Below the pieces are notes generated by a model. It was not told where the DNA came from. It did not search any database and was given only the letters and a program-made list of their open reading frames with translations. Below, piece after piece: positions 16,234 through 17,254 of a stretch of 17,254 bases of DNA. This DNA comes from Nitrospinota bacterium (lineage in GTDB: Bacteria > UBA8248), in NCBI GenBank assembly GCA_030754595.1, contig JASLZZ010000061.1, positions 1-17,254 on the forward strand, in the 5' to 3' direction. Position 1 is the stretch's first letter. Every line of letters begins with the position of its first letter. A program made the translations under genes and the position numbers.

Positions 16234-16302
16234 AAAGTGCCCGCCTGGAAAGACAGCCACGGCGAAAGTAGCGAATAATCCACATTCAGGAGCGAGCCTG
16301 CA

Positions 16303-16647
16303 ATGCCAGAAGATGATGATCGTCGACAGTATTCGAGATTTACGATTCCCGTCGTGATCGATGCGCCCGCGCTCTCGGATTTATCTCTAGTGCCTGAAGA
16401 TGTAAGCGCCGGTGGACTTCAGGTGATTGTTTCGAAAAAACAGGAAGTGGGTGAAGTGGTGCCCTGCGGAATTCAAATCATGGATGAAAACTTTCGGAAT
16501 TGCCGGAGCAGGATCGTGCGGGTGACGGAGAACTCCGGGTCGCCCGGATCGTGGTCCATCGGGTTTTGTGTGGATTCGGCCGAGGCGGGAATCGATAGGT
16601 TCGAGGCAAAACTCCAGGCGCTTTCGGTTCTCCTGAAAAAAAGCTAG
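16303..16647 (+). CDS. Stand-alone PilZ-domain protein (c-di-GMP receptor)
   Basis: RQYSR (RxxxR) and DVSAGG (DxSxxG) motifs intact; AGGAG RBS. Confidence 0.88.
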   Translation: MPEDDDRRQYSRFTIPVVIDAPALSDLSLVPEDVSAGGLQVIVSKKQEVGEVVPCGIQIMDENFRNCRSRIVRVTENSGSPGSWSIGFCVDSAEAGIDRFEAKLQALSVLLKKS

Positions 16648-16656
16648 GTGTTTTTC

Positions 16657-16681
16657 GCGGGACATTCCCGCTGCATTTTTT
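16657..16681 (+). terminator. Candidate intrinsic terminator between the convergent PilZ and GNAT genes
   Basis: GCGGGA-CAT-TCCCGC hairpin followed by TGCATTTTTT. Confidence 0.45.
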
Positions 16682-16682
16682 A

Positions 16683-17138
16683 TTAAATCCCTTCCTGTTC
16701 GAAAATCAGATAGTGGCTGCTCTCCATCCCCAGGCGGTTGTAAACTTCTTGCGCGGATGTATTTTCGCGATCGACGTAGAGCAAGAGCCCGCAGGCTCCC
16801 GCCGAGCGGGCCAGGTCGCGCACATGTCCATGTAGGGCCGTATATACTCCGTTTCGGCGTGATTCCGGCTCTACGTAAACGTTTTGAATCCACCAATAAT
16901 ACGAATTGTTCCAGTCGCTCCACTCGTGGGTGACTCGAATCTGGCCCACAACGCTGCCGCTTTTCTCCGCCAGAAAATATTTCCCCCGTTCCGGGGAGCG
17001 GAGAGAGGCCTCCACCCCCTGACGGACCATCTCGGGGGCGAGTTCAAGCGACTCGCTGTCCCGGGCCATTTCGACGTTAAAGCGGACGATGGTGTCGGTA
17101 TCGCCCGGCCGGGCGGGACGTATGGAAATAGTGTCCAA
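16683..17138 (-). CDS. GNAT-family N-acetyltransferase
   Basis: IRPARPGD, WIQNVYVEPESRRNGVYTAL (acetyl-CoA motif A), LYVDRENTSAQEVYNRLGM; start placed at TTG 17138 after AGGAG. Confidence 0.92.
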   Translation of the reverse strand: MDTISIRPARPGDTDTIVRFNVEMARDSESLELAPEMVRQGVEASLRSPERGKYFLAEKSGSVVGQIRVTHEWSDWNNSYYWWIQNVYVEPESRRNGVYTALHGHVRDLARSAGACGLLLYVDRENTSAQEVYNRLGMESSHYLIFEQEGI

Positions 17139-17254
17139 GACGGGCTCCTGATAGTTGAAGGGCGGCAAAAGTGTACCAGAGGCGGGTGCGGGTTTCTTCC
17201 TCTGTGCGCCTCATCCGCGCGCGCGCGCGGGCTCCGGGCGGCCGGGGAGCGCCG

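Noticed and set aside
287..16260. Long antisense or alternate-frame ORFs (e.g. 1422-2489 -, 3646-4953 -, 3699-4934 +, 7806-8951 +, 10101-11297 +, 12838-14028 +, 14636-15754 -)
   Set aside because: They overlap well-supported genes, show no recognisable motifs and are expected shadows of high-GC3 coding.
364..17138. Complete TAG-to-Gln reassignment (genetic code 15 type)
   Set aside because: Long genes such as serS and the AOR have no internal TAG, and several TAGs fall at natural C-termini, one followed by a terminator-like hairpin; dual meaning or mutation fits better.
17211..17254. 16-bp CG palindrome CCGCGCGCGCGCGCGG (17215-17230) as a Z-DNA or regulatory element
   Set aside because: Can be read as the tail of a minus-strand gene entering from the window edge (ALPGRPEPARARG, TGA at 17213-17211); too short to support either call.
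1..17254. CRISPR array, integron cassette array, prophage or defence genes
   Set aside because: No regularly spaced repeats, attC-like sites, integrase, cas or phage-like proteins were seen.

Overview
GC-rich bacterial window. Bases 1-140 are the right end of an IS3-family element (transposase C-terminus and terminal inverted repeat). Bases ~360-12130 form an accessory block of mostly orphan catabolic enzymes: a hydantoin-racemase-fold protein, an MDR quinone oxidoreductase, two M24 pita-bread metalloenzymes, a DHPON-hydrolase-like alpha/beta hydrolase, an LVIVD beta-propeller, a GT4 glycosyltransferase, a tungsten AOR-family oxidoreductase and a divergent type I dehydroquinase-fold protein. 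Then come tRNA-Ser(TGA) and serS, a pseudo-receiver/TPR/TPR/PilZ signalling cluster and a GNAT acetyltransferase. The main observation is that three different genes appear to carry an in-frame TAG where the protein continues on both sides (5079, 14603, 16231), while TAG also ends several genes at natural C-termini. This suggests amber readthrough or recoding (e.g. pyrrolysine-type dual meaning), but nonsense mutations or sequencing errors cannot be excluded from this window. Several enzymes also have altered catalytic motifs, hinting at an undescribed degradation pathway. All family calls are from motif recognition by eye, not database searches.
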